Positions 54,818 through 64,000 of a stretch of DNA of 64,000 nt are shown piece after piece. Made by a program: the position numbers and the translations under genes. The notes below the pieces were generated by a model that ran no database searches, was not told where the DNA came from, and saw nothing but the letters and a program-made list of their open reading frames with translations. The stretch lies in assembly GCF_058153355.1 (NCBI RefSeq), contig NZ_CM177019.1, one strand, 5' to 3'. Each line of letters begins with the position of its first letter. Positions within the stretch are counted from its first letter, which is position 1.

Positions 54818-57800
54818 TTATTCCGGGCGTGGCTTCAGCGGAAAGCGGCGGCGCACCAGCACAAAGAACAGCGGCACGAAGTAAATAGCCAGAATCGTGG
54901 CCGAAATCATCCCGCCCATTACGCCAGTACCCACCGCATGCTGGCCACCGGAACCGGCCCCTGTGCTGGTTGCCATTGGCAATACGTCGAAGATAAAGGC
55001 CAGAGAGGTCATCAGAATCGGACGTAAACGCTGACGGCAGGCGTGGAGCGTCGCTTCAAACAGGTCGTGACCTTTTTGGTTCATCTCGTTAGCAAATTCG
55101 ACGATCAGGATGGCGTTTTTCGCCGATAAACCAATCACCGTTAACAGGCCTACCTGAAAGTAAACGTCGTTTTCCAGCCCGCGAAGCCAGGTTGCCAGCA
55201 GCGCGCCGATAACGCCCAGCGGCACGACCAGCATTACCGAGAACGGCACCGACCAGCTTTCATACAGCGCCGCCAGACACAGGAATACCACCAGCAATGA
55301 AATGGCATACAGCGCCGGAGCCTGCGCGCCGGAGAGTCGCTCCTGATACGACATCGCCGTCCATTCCAGACCAAAGCCGCTTGGCAACTGCTTCACTAAC
55401 GATTCCATAATATCCATCGCCGTACCGGTGCTGACCCCCGGCGCGGCTTCCCCGACAATCTCTACCGCTGAATAACCGTTATAGCGTTCCAGACGCGGCG
55501 AGCCTGTTTCCCAGCGTGAGGTCGCGAAAGCAGAGAAGGGGACCATGCCACCATCTTTATTTCGTACATACCAGAGATTGATGTCATCTGGCAGCATGCG
55601 ATATGGCGCAGCGGCCTGCACATAGACTTTCTTCACGCGACCGCGATCCATAAAGTCATTCACATAGCTCGAACCCCACGCGGTTTGCAGCGTGTCGTTA
55701 ATATCGTCGATAGCAACGCCCAGCGCCTGAGCTTTACGCTGATCGATATCAATCTGCAACTGCGGACTGTCGTCGAGGCCGTTATGGCGTACACGGGTTA
55801 ACTCCGGATTTTCCGCCGCCAGAGCCAGCAACTGGTTACGTGCTGCCATCAGCGCATCGTGACCCGCACCAGCGTGGTCCTGCAACTCCATATCAAAACC
55901 CGCAGAACTGCCAAGGCCACTAATTGCTGGCGGGCTGCTGGCGATAACGCGAGCTTCTTTAATCTTATTAAATTCCTTCGTTGCACGTTCGATAATGGCA
56001 AACGAGGTGCCGGTCTTACTGTCGCGTTCGCTCCAGTCTTTCAGGCGGATAAACATTCGCGCCACGTTTTGCCCGTTACCCCCAGGGCCAGAACCAACGG
56101 TGGCAAACACCGACATGATGTTGTCTTTTTCATGGGTGAAGTAATATTTCTCGATTTGCTCAACGACTTTCAGGGTCTGTTGTTGGGTTGAACCGCTGGG
56201 CAACTGTACCGAGGTAGTAAACATGCCACGGTCTTCCAGTGGCAAGAACGACGTCGGCAAACGCAGGAACAGGAACACCATGCCGCCAAGCAGCAGGACA
56301 TAAATCACAATCCAGCGCAGGCTACGGTGGAGAATTTTTGCTACCCCTTTTTCGTAGCGTTCGGCGTTACGATTAAACATCTGGTTAAACCAGGCAAAAA
56401 AGCCTTTTTGTCCGTGATGCTCACCTTTTTTCAGCGGCTTAAGTAGCGTGGCACACAGAGCCGGAGTGAGGATCATTGCTACCAGTACTGACAGCACCAT
56501 CGCCGCAACAATGGTAATAGAAAACTGGCGATAGATAGCTCCGGTGGTGCCACCGAAGAAGGCCATTGGCACAAATACCGCCGACAGCACCATCGCAATC
56601 CCGACCAGTGCCCCCTGGATCTGCCCCATCGATTTACGTGTGGCTTCGCGAGGAGTGAGTCCTTCCTCACTCATAATACGTTCGACGTTTTCCACCACCA
56701 CGATGGCGTCATCCACCAGCAGACCGATCGCCAGCACCATCGCGAACATGGTTAAGGTGTTGACGCTGTAACCGAAGGCGTAAAGTACGGAGAAGGTTCC
56801 CATCAACACCACCGGCACGGCGATAGTTGGTATCAGCGTGGCACGGAAGTTTTGCAAGAACAGATACATAACGAGGAAAACCAGGGCGATAGCTTCCAGC
56901 AGCGTTTTCACCACGTCTTCAATGGAGGCTTTAACAAATGAGGTGGTTTCATATGCCACCTTGTATTCCAGTCCGTGTGGGAAGTACTGCGCCAGTTCGT
57001 CGAGACGATTGAGTACCAGCTCCGCTGTTGCCATTTCGTTCGCGCCGGAGGCCAGTTTTACCCCCAGCCCGGAGGCTGGCTTACCGTTGAAGCGGCTGAG
57101 ATAATCGTATTTCTCTGCCCCCATTTCCACGGTGGCGACATCGCCCAGCCTTACTTCTGAGCCGTCCTGATTCACCCGTAAGGTGATATCGCGGAACTGT
57201 TCTGGTGTTTGCAGCAGTGACTGGGCGTTAATGGTGGCGTTGAGCGCCTGCTTATCGACGGAAGGCGTACCACCAAGTTGCCCAACCGCAATCTGCGCGT
57301 TCTGTGACTCAATGGCATCAGTGACATCTTTAGCCGTCATCTGAAAACTGTTGAGTTTCGCCGGGTCCAGCCAGATACGCATTGAATATTGCGAACCATA
57401 GGCATCGATATCCCCGACGCCATTCACGCGGCTTAATGGGTCCTGAATATTACTGGCAACGTAATCGGCAATATCCTGCTTATCCATCGAACCATCGGTA
57501 GAGACGAAGGCAATGGTAAGAATGTTGGTATCGCCGGTTTTACGCACCGTCACGCCCTGATTTTGCACCGCCTGCGGCAACTTTCGCATGGCTGATTGCA
57601 GCTGGTTTTGTACTTGCTGCACTGCTTCGTCCGGATCGGTGCCCGCTTTAAAACTTAAGGTGACAGATGCCTGACCGGTGCCACTGCTTTGAGACGACAT
57701 ATACATGAGATTATCGAGGCCGGTCATATTTTGCTCGATAACCTGGGTCACGGTGTTTTCCAGCGTCTGAGCCGATGCGCCGGGGTAGTTAGCGGTTACT

Positions 57801-57931
57801 CGCACGTTAGGCGGTGCAAGATCCGGGTATTGTTCAACGGGCAATGAGAAAATCGCCAGGGTTCCTGTCAGACACAACAGGATTGCCAGCACCCAAGCAA
57901 AAATGGGGCGATCAATAAAGAAATTCGCCAT
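54818..57931 (-). CDS. acrD: RND aminoglycoside efflux pump AcrD
   Basis: 1037-aa ORF beginning [23 protein letters not shown] with 12-TM RND architecture. Confidence 0.95.
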   Translation of the reverse strand: MANFFIDRPIFAWVLAILLCLTGTLAIFSLPVEQYPDLAPPNVRVTANYPGASAQTLENTVTQVIEQNMTGLDNLMYMSSQSSGTGQASVTLSFKAGTDPDEAVQQVQNQLQSAMRKLPQAVQNQGVTVRKTGDTNILTIAFVSTDGSMDKQDIADYVASNIQDPLSRVNGVGDIDAYGSQYSMRIWLDPAKLNSFQMTAKDVTDAIESQNAQIAVGQLGGTPSVDKQALNATINAQSLLQTPEQFRDITLRVNQDGSEVRLGDVATVEMGAEKYDYLSRFNGKPASGLGVKLASGANEMATAELVLNRLDELAQYFPHGLEYKVAYETTSFVKASIEDVVKTLLEAIALVFLVMYLFLQNFRATLIPTIAVPVVLMGTFSVLYAFGYSVNTLTMFAMVLAIGLLVDDAIVVVENVERIMSEEGLTPREATRKSMGQIQGALVGIAMVLSAVFVPMAFFGGTTGAIYRQFSITIVAAMVLSVLVAMILTPALCATLLKPLKKGEHHGQKGFFAWFNQMFNRNAERYEKGVAKILHRSLRWIVIYVLLLGGMVFLFLRLPTSFLPLEDRGMFTTSVQLPSGSTQQQTLKVVEQIEKYYFTHEKDNIMSVFATVGSGPGGNGQNVARMFIRLKDWSERDSKTGTSFAIIERATKEFNKIKEARVIASSPPAISGLGSSAGFDMELQDHAGAGHDALMAARNQLLALAAENPELTRVRHNGLDDSPQLQIDIDQRKAQALGVAIDDINDTLQTAWGSSYVNDFMDRGRVKKVYVQAAAPYRMLPDDINLWYVRNKDGGMVPFSAFATSRWETGSPRLERYNGYSAVEIVGEAAPGVSTGTAMDIMESLVKQLPSGFGLEWTAMSYQERLSGAQAPALYAISLLVVFLCLAALYESWSVPFSVMLVVPLGVIGALLATWLRGLENDVYFQVGLLTVIGLSAKNAILIVEFANEMNQKGHDLFEATLHACRQRLRPILMTSLAFIFDVLPMATSTGAGSGGQHAVGTGVMGGMISATILAIYFVPLFFVLVRRRFPLKPRPE

Positions 57932-58001
57932 TAAAAGAGGACCTCGTGTTTCTGCGTATTGTTGTTGGCATGCCTTGCTTCACTGTAGCGGCAAGGTACG
58001 G

Positions 58002-58020
58002 ACCAATCGTGGAGAAAAAA
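58002..58020 (-). promoter_or_regulatory. Candidate BaeR box upstream of acrD
   Basis: Minus strand reads TTTTTTCTCCACGATTGGT, close to the BaeR consensus TTTTTCTCCATDATTGGC, about 70 bp upstream of the acrD start. Confidence 0.5.
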
Positions 58021-58094
58021 AGGAGTTAATGTAAATTATCATGCCCTTTTATACTGAACCTTAAGTGCAAGTATTCTTTGGTCAGTAGGTGGCA

Positions 58095-59795
58095 TTACAT
58101 TAGCTGGCTTTCCTCACCCTCCGCAGAGCGAAAGCTAATACTCACTAACGTGCCGCCACCGGAAGGTTGTGAAAAAGTCAGCGTTCCACCCAGTCGTTCC
58201 GCGCGTTCGCGCATAATATTCAGACCATAGTGACCTTCGGGTTCTTTCGGTTCTCCGATGCCAATCCCGTTATCACGGATATAGACTGTGTGATTGCCGT
58301 CCGGCGCGGTGACGCAACTAACGGCTATTTCGCTGGCGTTGGCGTGCTTCATCGCATTGAGTACCGCTTCGCGAATAATTTGCAACAAATGCACCTGCAT
58401 TTGCGCATCCAGCGCCAGTGTTGGCAGACGGCAGTCGAGAGTCAGTTTTGCGCTGGTTTGATTTTGTAACGTATCCAGCATTTCCCGCAACGCGGAGGGA
58501 AGATCCGCTTGCTGCAGCGTCAGGCGGAACGTGGTCAACAGCTCGCGTAACTGTCGATAAGCATCATTCAATGCCTGGGAGAAATCGGCCATGATATTTT
58601 GTGCGGTGGCGTTATCTTCCGGTATCGAACGTTTAAGTAACGTCAACTGGATACGTAAGTAAGAAAGCACCTGGGCCAGCGAATCATGTAATTCCCGTGC
58701 GATGGTGGCACGTTCTTCCATCAACAGTAACTGCTGAAAATGCTTCTGCGCCTGATTAAAGTACAAACCGCGCCCCAGCATCGACGAAACGCTGTTAAGC
58801 AGCGGTTCTGATGATGACACGTGGCTATTTTGCCAGTGCAGTTCGCCGTAAACCGTCTCTTGCATCGTTACCGGTAAAATCTGCATCGGCAATTCGGGGT
58901 TTGGTTTCCCTTCACTAATCCGCCAGTTTTCACCGACATTCAATTCCAGATATTCAGCCGCTTCATTGTCGCGAACAATCTGCAAAATATGGCGGAAACA
59001 ATGCACATCTATCTGGCTGGTGTTCAGCGCCTGCGAACACTGATACAACACCTCCAGGCGACGCTTGGCCTCGTGGAGATCACGGGTTTTTTCTTCTACT
59101 GACGCTTCCAGCGAACGATACAATTTATGCAGCTCGCTCGACATCTGGTTAAAGGTTTTGGCCAACAGTCCCAGCTCATTGGGCAGACTGGTATCCAGCG
59201 GCGGCGAATCGAACTGGCCGTGTTCAATACGCTGACTGGCGGTAACCAGCTGATTCAGCGGGGCAACCACCTGATGGCGTATGCGGCGCAGAGTAAAAAA
59301 GACCAGCGTGAAAATACCGATGCCGCCAGTCAGGGAGATCGCCACCACCAGCAGCATTTTGCGTTCGGCGTAGTGCTGTAAAGCCAGCACGAACAGGTCT
59401 ATCTGATTAACATAATTATTAATATTGGCCTGATACCACGGCAAATCGCCCTTGCTGAGCCGATTATTCATCTCCAGCCAGTTGGCATTCAGATGCGCAT
59501 AGCGGGTTTTTACTGCCTCTGGCACATACCAGACGTTGAGATTGGTTAACACCGGTGAGTGCAGTGCCTGTTGGAACAGCTGGCGATGCGCATTGAGTTG
59601 TGGACTGCCGCTTTGCAAGTCGTAGCCTAGGCGGTAACTCTGCATACGCAACGATCCGGCAATATTGATAGCCTCAGCGTCGCGCAAACTGCTCGCCAGA
59701 GTTAGCAGTGCGATACCCGTGGAAAGAATCGACAGCAGCACAATGTAAAAAAAGGCCCGGGCCAAACTGGCCGAGACGGGGCGTTTAACAATCAC
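58095..59795 (-). CDS. narQ: Nitrate/nitrite sensor histidine kinase NarQ
   Basis: Start assigned to the internal GTG (MIVKRPVSASLARAFFYIV), giving 566 aa. HAMP and HisKA_3/HATPase regions are present. Confidence 0.9.
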   Translation of the reverse strand: MIVKRPVSASLARAFFYIVLLSILSTGIALLTLASSLRDAEAINIAGSLRMQSYRLGYDLQSGSPQLNAHRQLFQQALHSPVLTNLNVWYVPEAVKTRYAHLNANWLEMNNRLSKGDLPWYQANINNYVNQIDLFVLALQHYAERKMLLVVAISLTGGIGIFTLVFFTLRRIRHQVVAPLNQLVTASQRIEHGQFDSPPLDTSLPNELGLLAKTFNQMSSELHKLYRSLEASVEEKTRDLHEAKRRLEVLYQCSQALNTSQIDVHCFRHILQIVRDNEAAEYLELNVGENWRISEGKPNPELPMQILPVTMQETVYGELHWQNSHVSSSEPLLNSVSSMLGRGLYFNQAQKHFQQLLLMEERATIARELHDSLAQVLSYLRIQLTLLKRSIPEDNATAQNIMADFSQALNDAYRQLRELLTTFRLTLQQADLPSALREMLDTLQNQTSAKLTLDCRLPTLALDAQMQVHLLQIIREAVLNAMKHANASEIAVSCVTAPDGNHTVYIRDNGIGIGEPKEPEGHYGLNIMRERAERLGGTLTFSQPSGGGTLVSISFRSAEGEESQLM

Positions 59796-60000
59796 ACGCG
59801 TCTTCTCCACATAAAATCATTAATGTTCCAGTTTGCTGAAATGCAATTTAATCAGTGATGGGATTATTTGATCTGCCACAGTTTATAGCGAAATAGTGAC
59901 TTATTCTGGGCACATGAACATTGCCGATTCCCCTGTAAGTCGGGTAATAACAACACTCATATAAAGAATAAGGTTTTTACAACCAAAAAAGAAGGTCGTT

Positions 60001-61980
60001 ATGAATCGTTTTATTATGGCCAACAGTCAGCAATGTCTGGGTTGTCATGCTTGTGAAATCGCCTGTGTCATGGCTCACAATGATGAGCAACATGTCCTGA
60101 GCCAACACCATTTTCATCCCCGAATTACGGTTATCAAACATCAGCAGCAACGTAGTGCGGTGACCTGTCACCATTGCGAAGATGCGCCCTGCGCCCGTAG
60201 TTGCCCTAATGGCGCGATCAGCCATGTTGATGACAGCATTCAGGTCAATCAGCAAAAGTGTATTGGCTGTAAATCCTGCGTGGTAGCTTGTCCATTTGGT
60301 ACGATGCAAATCGTCCTGACACCCGTCGCGGCAGGCAAAGTTAAAGCCACGGCGCATAAATGCGACCTTTGTGCAGGTCGCGAAAGTGGTCCTGCCTGTG
60401 TCGAGAATTGTCCGGCGGACGCTCTGCAACTGGTCACTGACGCCGCACTCTCCGGCATAGCGAAATCTCGCCGCCTGCGCACCGCACGTCAGGAGCATCA
60501 ACCGTGGCATGCCAGTACTGGGGCACCAGAAATGCCGGCGATGAGTAAAGTCGAGCAAATGCAGGCAACCCCCGCGCGAGGCGAGCCGGATAAACTGGCG
60601 ATTGAAGCGCGCAAAACTGGTTTTGATGAAATTTATCTGCCATTTCGCGCCGACCAGGCACAACGGGAAGCCTCGCGTTGCCTGAAGTGCGGCGAGCACA
60701 GCGTTTGTGAATGGACCTGCCCTCTGCATAACCACATTCCGCAGTGGATAGAGCTGGTGAAAGCCGGAAATATCGACGCCGCCGTCGAGCTTTCTCACCA
60801 GACCAACACCCTGCCAGAAATTACCGGACGCGTTTGCCCGCAAGACCGTCTGTGCGAAGGAGCCTGCACCATTCGCGATGAGCACGGAGCGGTAACTATC
60901 GGCAACATCGAACGCTACATTTCGGATCAGGCGTTGGCGAAAGGTTGGCGTCCTGACTTAAGCCATGTCACCAAAGTGGATAAGCGGGTGGCGATTATCG
61001 GTGCAGGTCCGGCAGGGCTAGCCTGTGCGGATGTTCTGATCCGCAATGGCGTGGAGGTGACGGTGTACGATCGCCATCCAGAAATCGGTGGCCTGCTCAC
61101 CTTCGGCATTCCTTCTTTCAAACTGGATAAGTCCCTGCTGGCGCGTCGCCGGGAAATCTTCAGCGCGATGGGGATTCACTTCGAACTCAATTGTGAAGTG
61201 GGTAAAGATGTCTCTTTGGATTCGCTTTTGGAACAATACGACGCGGTCTTCGTTGGCGTAGGCACTTACCGTTCCATGAAAGCGGGTTTACCTAATGAAG
61301 ATGCGCCGGGCGTTTATGACGCGCTGCCATTCCTCATCGCCAACACTAAACAGGTGATGGGACTTGAAGAGTTACCTGAAGAGCCGTTTATCAATACCGC
61401 CGGACTCAATGTCGTGGTACTGGGCGGTGGCGACACCGCGATGGACTGTGTGCGTACCGCGCTGCGCCATGGCGCGAGTAACGTCACCTGTGCCTATCGT
61501 CGTGATGAAGCTAACATGCCTGGCTCGAAGAAGGAGGTGAAGAACGCCCGCGAAGAGGGGGCAAACTTCGAATTTAACGTCCAGCCGGTGGCGCTTGAGC
61601 TGAATGAGCAAGGTCATGTTTGCGGAATTCGTTTCCTGCGTACGCGTCTTGGCGAGCCGGATGCCCAGGGGCGTCGGCGTCCGGTGCCGGTGGAAGGCAG
61701 TGAGTTTGTGATGCCAGCCGATGCGGTGATCATGGCATTTGGTTTTAATCCTCATGGTATGCCGTGGCTGGAGTCGCACGGTGTAACGGTGGATAAATGG
61801 GGCCGCATCATCGCGGATGTGGAAAGCCAGTACCGTTACCAGACCACGAATCCGAAAATCTTCGCAGGTGGCGATGCCGTGCGTGGTGCGGATCTGGTGG
61901 TTACCGCAATGGCAGAAGGACGTCATGCGGCACAGGGGATCATTGACTGGCTGGGGATAAAATCAGTCAAATCTCACTAA
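60001..61980 (+). CDS. aegA: Fe-S flavin oxidoreductase AegA (GltD-like)
   Basis: 659-aa ORF with N-terminal 4Fe-4S Cys clusters and C-terminal FAD/NAD(P) motifs (GAGPAGLA, GGGDTAMD). Confidence 0.9.
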   Translation: MNRFIMANSQQCLGCHACEIACVMAHNDEQHVLSQHHFHPRITVIKHQQQRSAVTCHHCEDAPCARSCPNGAISHVDDSIQVNQQKCIGCKSCVVACPFGTMQIVLTPVAAGKVKATAHKCDLCAGRESGPACVENCPADALQLVTDAALSGIAKSRRLRTARQEHQPWHASTGAPEMPAMSKVEQMQATPARGEPDKLAIEARKTGFDEIYLPFRADQAQREASRCLKCGEHSVCEWTCPLHNHIPQWIELVKAGNIDAAVELSHQTNTLPEITGRVCPQDRLCEGACTIRDEHGAVTIGNIERYISDQALAKGWRPDLSHVTKVDKRVAIIGAGPAGLACADVLIRNGVEVTVYDRHPEIGGLLTFGIPSFKLDKSLLARRREIFSAMGIHFELNCEVGKDVSLDSLLEQYDAVFVGVGTYRSMKAGLPNEDAPGVYDALPFLIANTKQVMGLEELPEEPFINTAGLNVVVLGGGDTAMDCVRTALRHGASNVTCAYRRDEANMPGSKKEVKNAREEGANFEFNVQPVALELNEQGHVCGIRFLRTRLGEPDAQGRRRPVPVEGSEFVMPADAVIMAFGFNPHGMPWLESHGVTVDKWGRIIADVESQYRYQTTNPKIFAGGDAVRGADLVVTAMAEGRHAAQGIIDWLGIKSVKSH

Positions 61981-62047
61981 TAGCCTGCGCAGACAAATCC
62001 GGCTTCACAGCGTAAGATAATTGTTCATTTCGCGCTGTGGAGTCGGT

Positions 62048-62623
62048 ATGACGCAACAAATCACCCTCATCAAAGACAAAATTCTCTCCGATAACTATTT
62101 CACCCTGCACAACATAACTTACGATCTCACGCGAAAAGATGGCGAAGTTATCCGCCATAAACGTGAAGTTTACGATCGCGGTAATGGTGCAACGATCCTC
62201 CTGTACAACGCGAAGAAAAAGACCGTGGTTCTGATTCGTCAGTTCCGCGTCGCTACCTGGGTTAATGGCAATGAAAGCGGGCAGCTGATTGAAACCTGCG
62301 CCGGGCTGCTGGATAACGACGAACCGGAAGTGTGTATTCGTAAAGAAGCGATTGAAGAGACGGGGTATGAAGTTGGCGAAGTGCGCAAATTATTTGAACT
62401 GTATATGTCGCCAGGCGGTGTGACTGAGCTAATCCACTTTTTTATCGCCGAATACAGTGACAGCCAGCGCGCTAATGCGGGCGGTGGTGTCGAAGATGAA
62501 GATATTGAAGTGCTCGAGCTGCCGTTCAGCCAGGCGCTGGAGATGATCAAAACCGGCGAGATACGTGACGGTAAGACGATGTTATTGCTTAACTATTTGC
62601 AAACATCACATTTAATGGACTGA
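62048..62623 (+). CDS. nudK: GDP-mannose pyrophosphatase NudK (Nudix)
   Basis: Start placed at [18 protein letters not shown], giving 191 aa; Nudix box region ([21 protein letters not shown]). Confidence 0.9.
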   Translation: MTQQITLIKDKILSDNYFTLHNITYDLTRKDGEVIRHKREVYDRGNGATILLYNAKKKTVVLIRQFRVATWVNGNESGQLIETCAGLLDNDEPEVCIRKEAIEETGYEVGEVRKLFELYMSPGGVTELIHFFIAEYSDSQRANAGGGVEDEDIEVLELPFSQALEMIKTGEIRDGKTMLLLNYLQTSHLMD

Positions 62624-62748
62624 AAAATAACAATAATATTTCGTTGTTTATTATTGGCTCAATCCGATAAATCCGATTGAGCCGCGCTACCTGCGCAACG
62701 AAGATACGACTTGTGCTGTTTGTTTGAACTTCTGGGGTCGTACCGTCC

Positions 62749-63792
62749 ATGCGCTATCGCATTTTCCTTCTCTTTTTTTTCGCTTTGTTGCCGACGTCTT
62801 TGGTGTGGGCGGCACCAGCGCAACGGGCATTTTCCGACTGGCAGGTCACCTGTAATAATCAAAATTTCTGTGTGGCGCGCAATACGGGCAATCATAATGG
62901 ACTGGTGATGACCCTGAGCCGCAGCGCCGGGGCGCATACCGATGCCGTTTTACGTATTGAGCGCGGCGGGTTGAAGTCGCCGGATGCGTCAGAAGGGGAG
63001 ATAGCGCCACGGCTGCTGTTAGATGGCGAGCCGTTGGCGTTAAGTGGTGACAAGTGGCGGATTTCACCATGGTTATTAGTAACCGATGATACGACAACCA
63101 TCACCGCGTTTTTGCAGATGATTCAGGAAGGGAAAGCGATCACCTTACGCGACGGCGATCAGACCATTTCACTGAGTGGCTTAAAAGCAGCGTTGTTGTT
63201 TATTGATGCCCAGCAAAAGCGCCTCGGCAGTGAAACTGCGTGGATCAAGAAAGGGGACGAACCGCCGCTCAGTGTACCGCCAGCGCCTGCGCTAAAAGAG
63301 GTCGCGGTAGTGAACCCGACGCCGACCCCACTTTCTCGTGAAGAACGTAACGATTTGCTGGATTACGGTAACTGGCGGATGAATGGTCTGCGCTGTTCGC
63401 TTGATCCGTTGCGTCGTGAAGTGAATGTGACTGCGCTGACCGACGATAAAGCATTAATGATGATTAGCTGTGAAGCAGGCGCGTATAACACCATTGATCT
63501 TGCGTGGATTGTGTCGCGTAAAAAGCCACTGGCCTCGCGCCCGGTACGGTTGCGTTTACCGTTCAACAACGGTCAGGAGACCAATGAACTGGAACTGATG
63601 AACGCAACATTCGATGAAAAATCGCGTGAACTGGTGACCTTAGCGAAAGGGCGCGGATTAAGCGATTGTGGCATTCAGGCGCGCTGGCGCTTTGACGGTC
63701 AGCGTTTTCGCCTGGTGCGTTACGCCGCAGAACCCACCTGCGATAACTGGCATGGGCCAGACGCCTGGCCCACGTTGTGGATCACCCGTTAA
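62749..63792 (+). CDS. ypfG: DUF1176-family periplasmic protein YpfG
   Basis: 347-aa ORF with signal peptide MRYRIFLLFFFALLPTSLVWA. Confidence 0.85.
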   Translation: MRYRIFLLFFFALLPTSLVWAAPAQRAFSDWQVTCNNQNFCVARNTGNHNGLVMTLSRSAGAHTDAVLRIERGGLKSPDASEGEIAPRLLLDGEPLALSGDKWRISPWLLVTDDTTTITAFLQMIQEGKAITLRDGDQTISLSGLKAALLFIDAQQKRLGSETAWIKKGDEPPLSVPPAPALKEVAVVNPTPTPLSREERNDLLDYGNWRMNGLRCSLDPLRREVNVTALTDDKALMMISCEAGAYNTIDLAWIVSRKKPLASRPVRLRLPFNNGQETNELELMNATFDEKSRELVTLAKGRGLSDCGIQARWRFDGQRFRLVRYAAEPTCDNWHGPDAWPTLWITR

Positions 63793-63799
63793 ACATAAT

Positions 63800-63850
63800 A
63801 GCGGGAACATGTCAGCCTGATAAGACGCGTCAGGCCGGATAAGACGCGGT
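63800..63850. repeat. REP palindromic units hosting the second IS621 insertion
   Basis: gcctgataagacgcgtcaggccggataagacgcgg. Confidence 0.5.
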
Positions 63851-63852
63851 AG

Positions 63853-64000
<148 letters not shown>

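Noticed and set aside
59811-60000. FNR or NarL/NarP sites in the narQ-aegA divergent region
   Set aside because: Only a TTGAT half-site (around 59869) without a properly spaced ATCAA partner; too weak to call by eye.

Overview
This 64-kb window looks like an Escherichia coli-type chromosome segment, in reverse orientation relative to K-12 numbering, and is mostly conserved core genome. Gene identities come from my recollection of K-12 protein sequences and gene order; no database search was run. In order it carries xseA, guaB-guaA, yfgI-yfgH-yfgG, pdeF, ppx-ppk, purN-purM, upp-uraA, hda, yfgD, bepA, perM, focB, the hyfR-hyfJIHGFEDCBA hydrogenase-4 operon, bcp, gcvR, dapA-bamC, purC, ypfJ, tmcA, ypfH, ypfN, dapE, yffB, ypfM, acrD, narQ, aegA, nudK and ypfG. 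Three things are not K-12 backbone. (1) A complete IS621-type IS110-family element (51201-52478) sits in a REP between ypfH and ypfN. It encodes a 326-aa recombinase and, in its left end, a ~178-nt structured non-coding RNA whose loops match the insertion target and the element-end junction (a bridge/guide RNA for RNA-programmed recombination). (2) The first 148 bp of a second, identical, same-orientation IS621 copy lies at the right edge (63853-64000), also in a REP. (3) Next to xseA is an 8.1-kb gene for a 2696-aa giant protein built from nine ~270-285-aa tandem repeats (RatA-like), preceded by the 3' end of another accessory ORF. ypfH carries an in-frame amber codon. I saw no rRNA, tRNA, CRISPR array or prophage.
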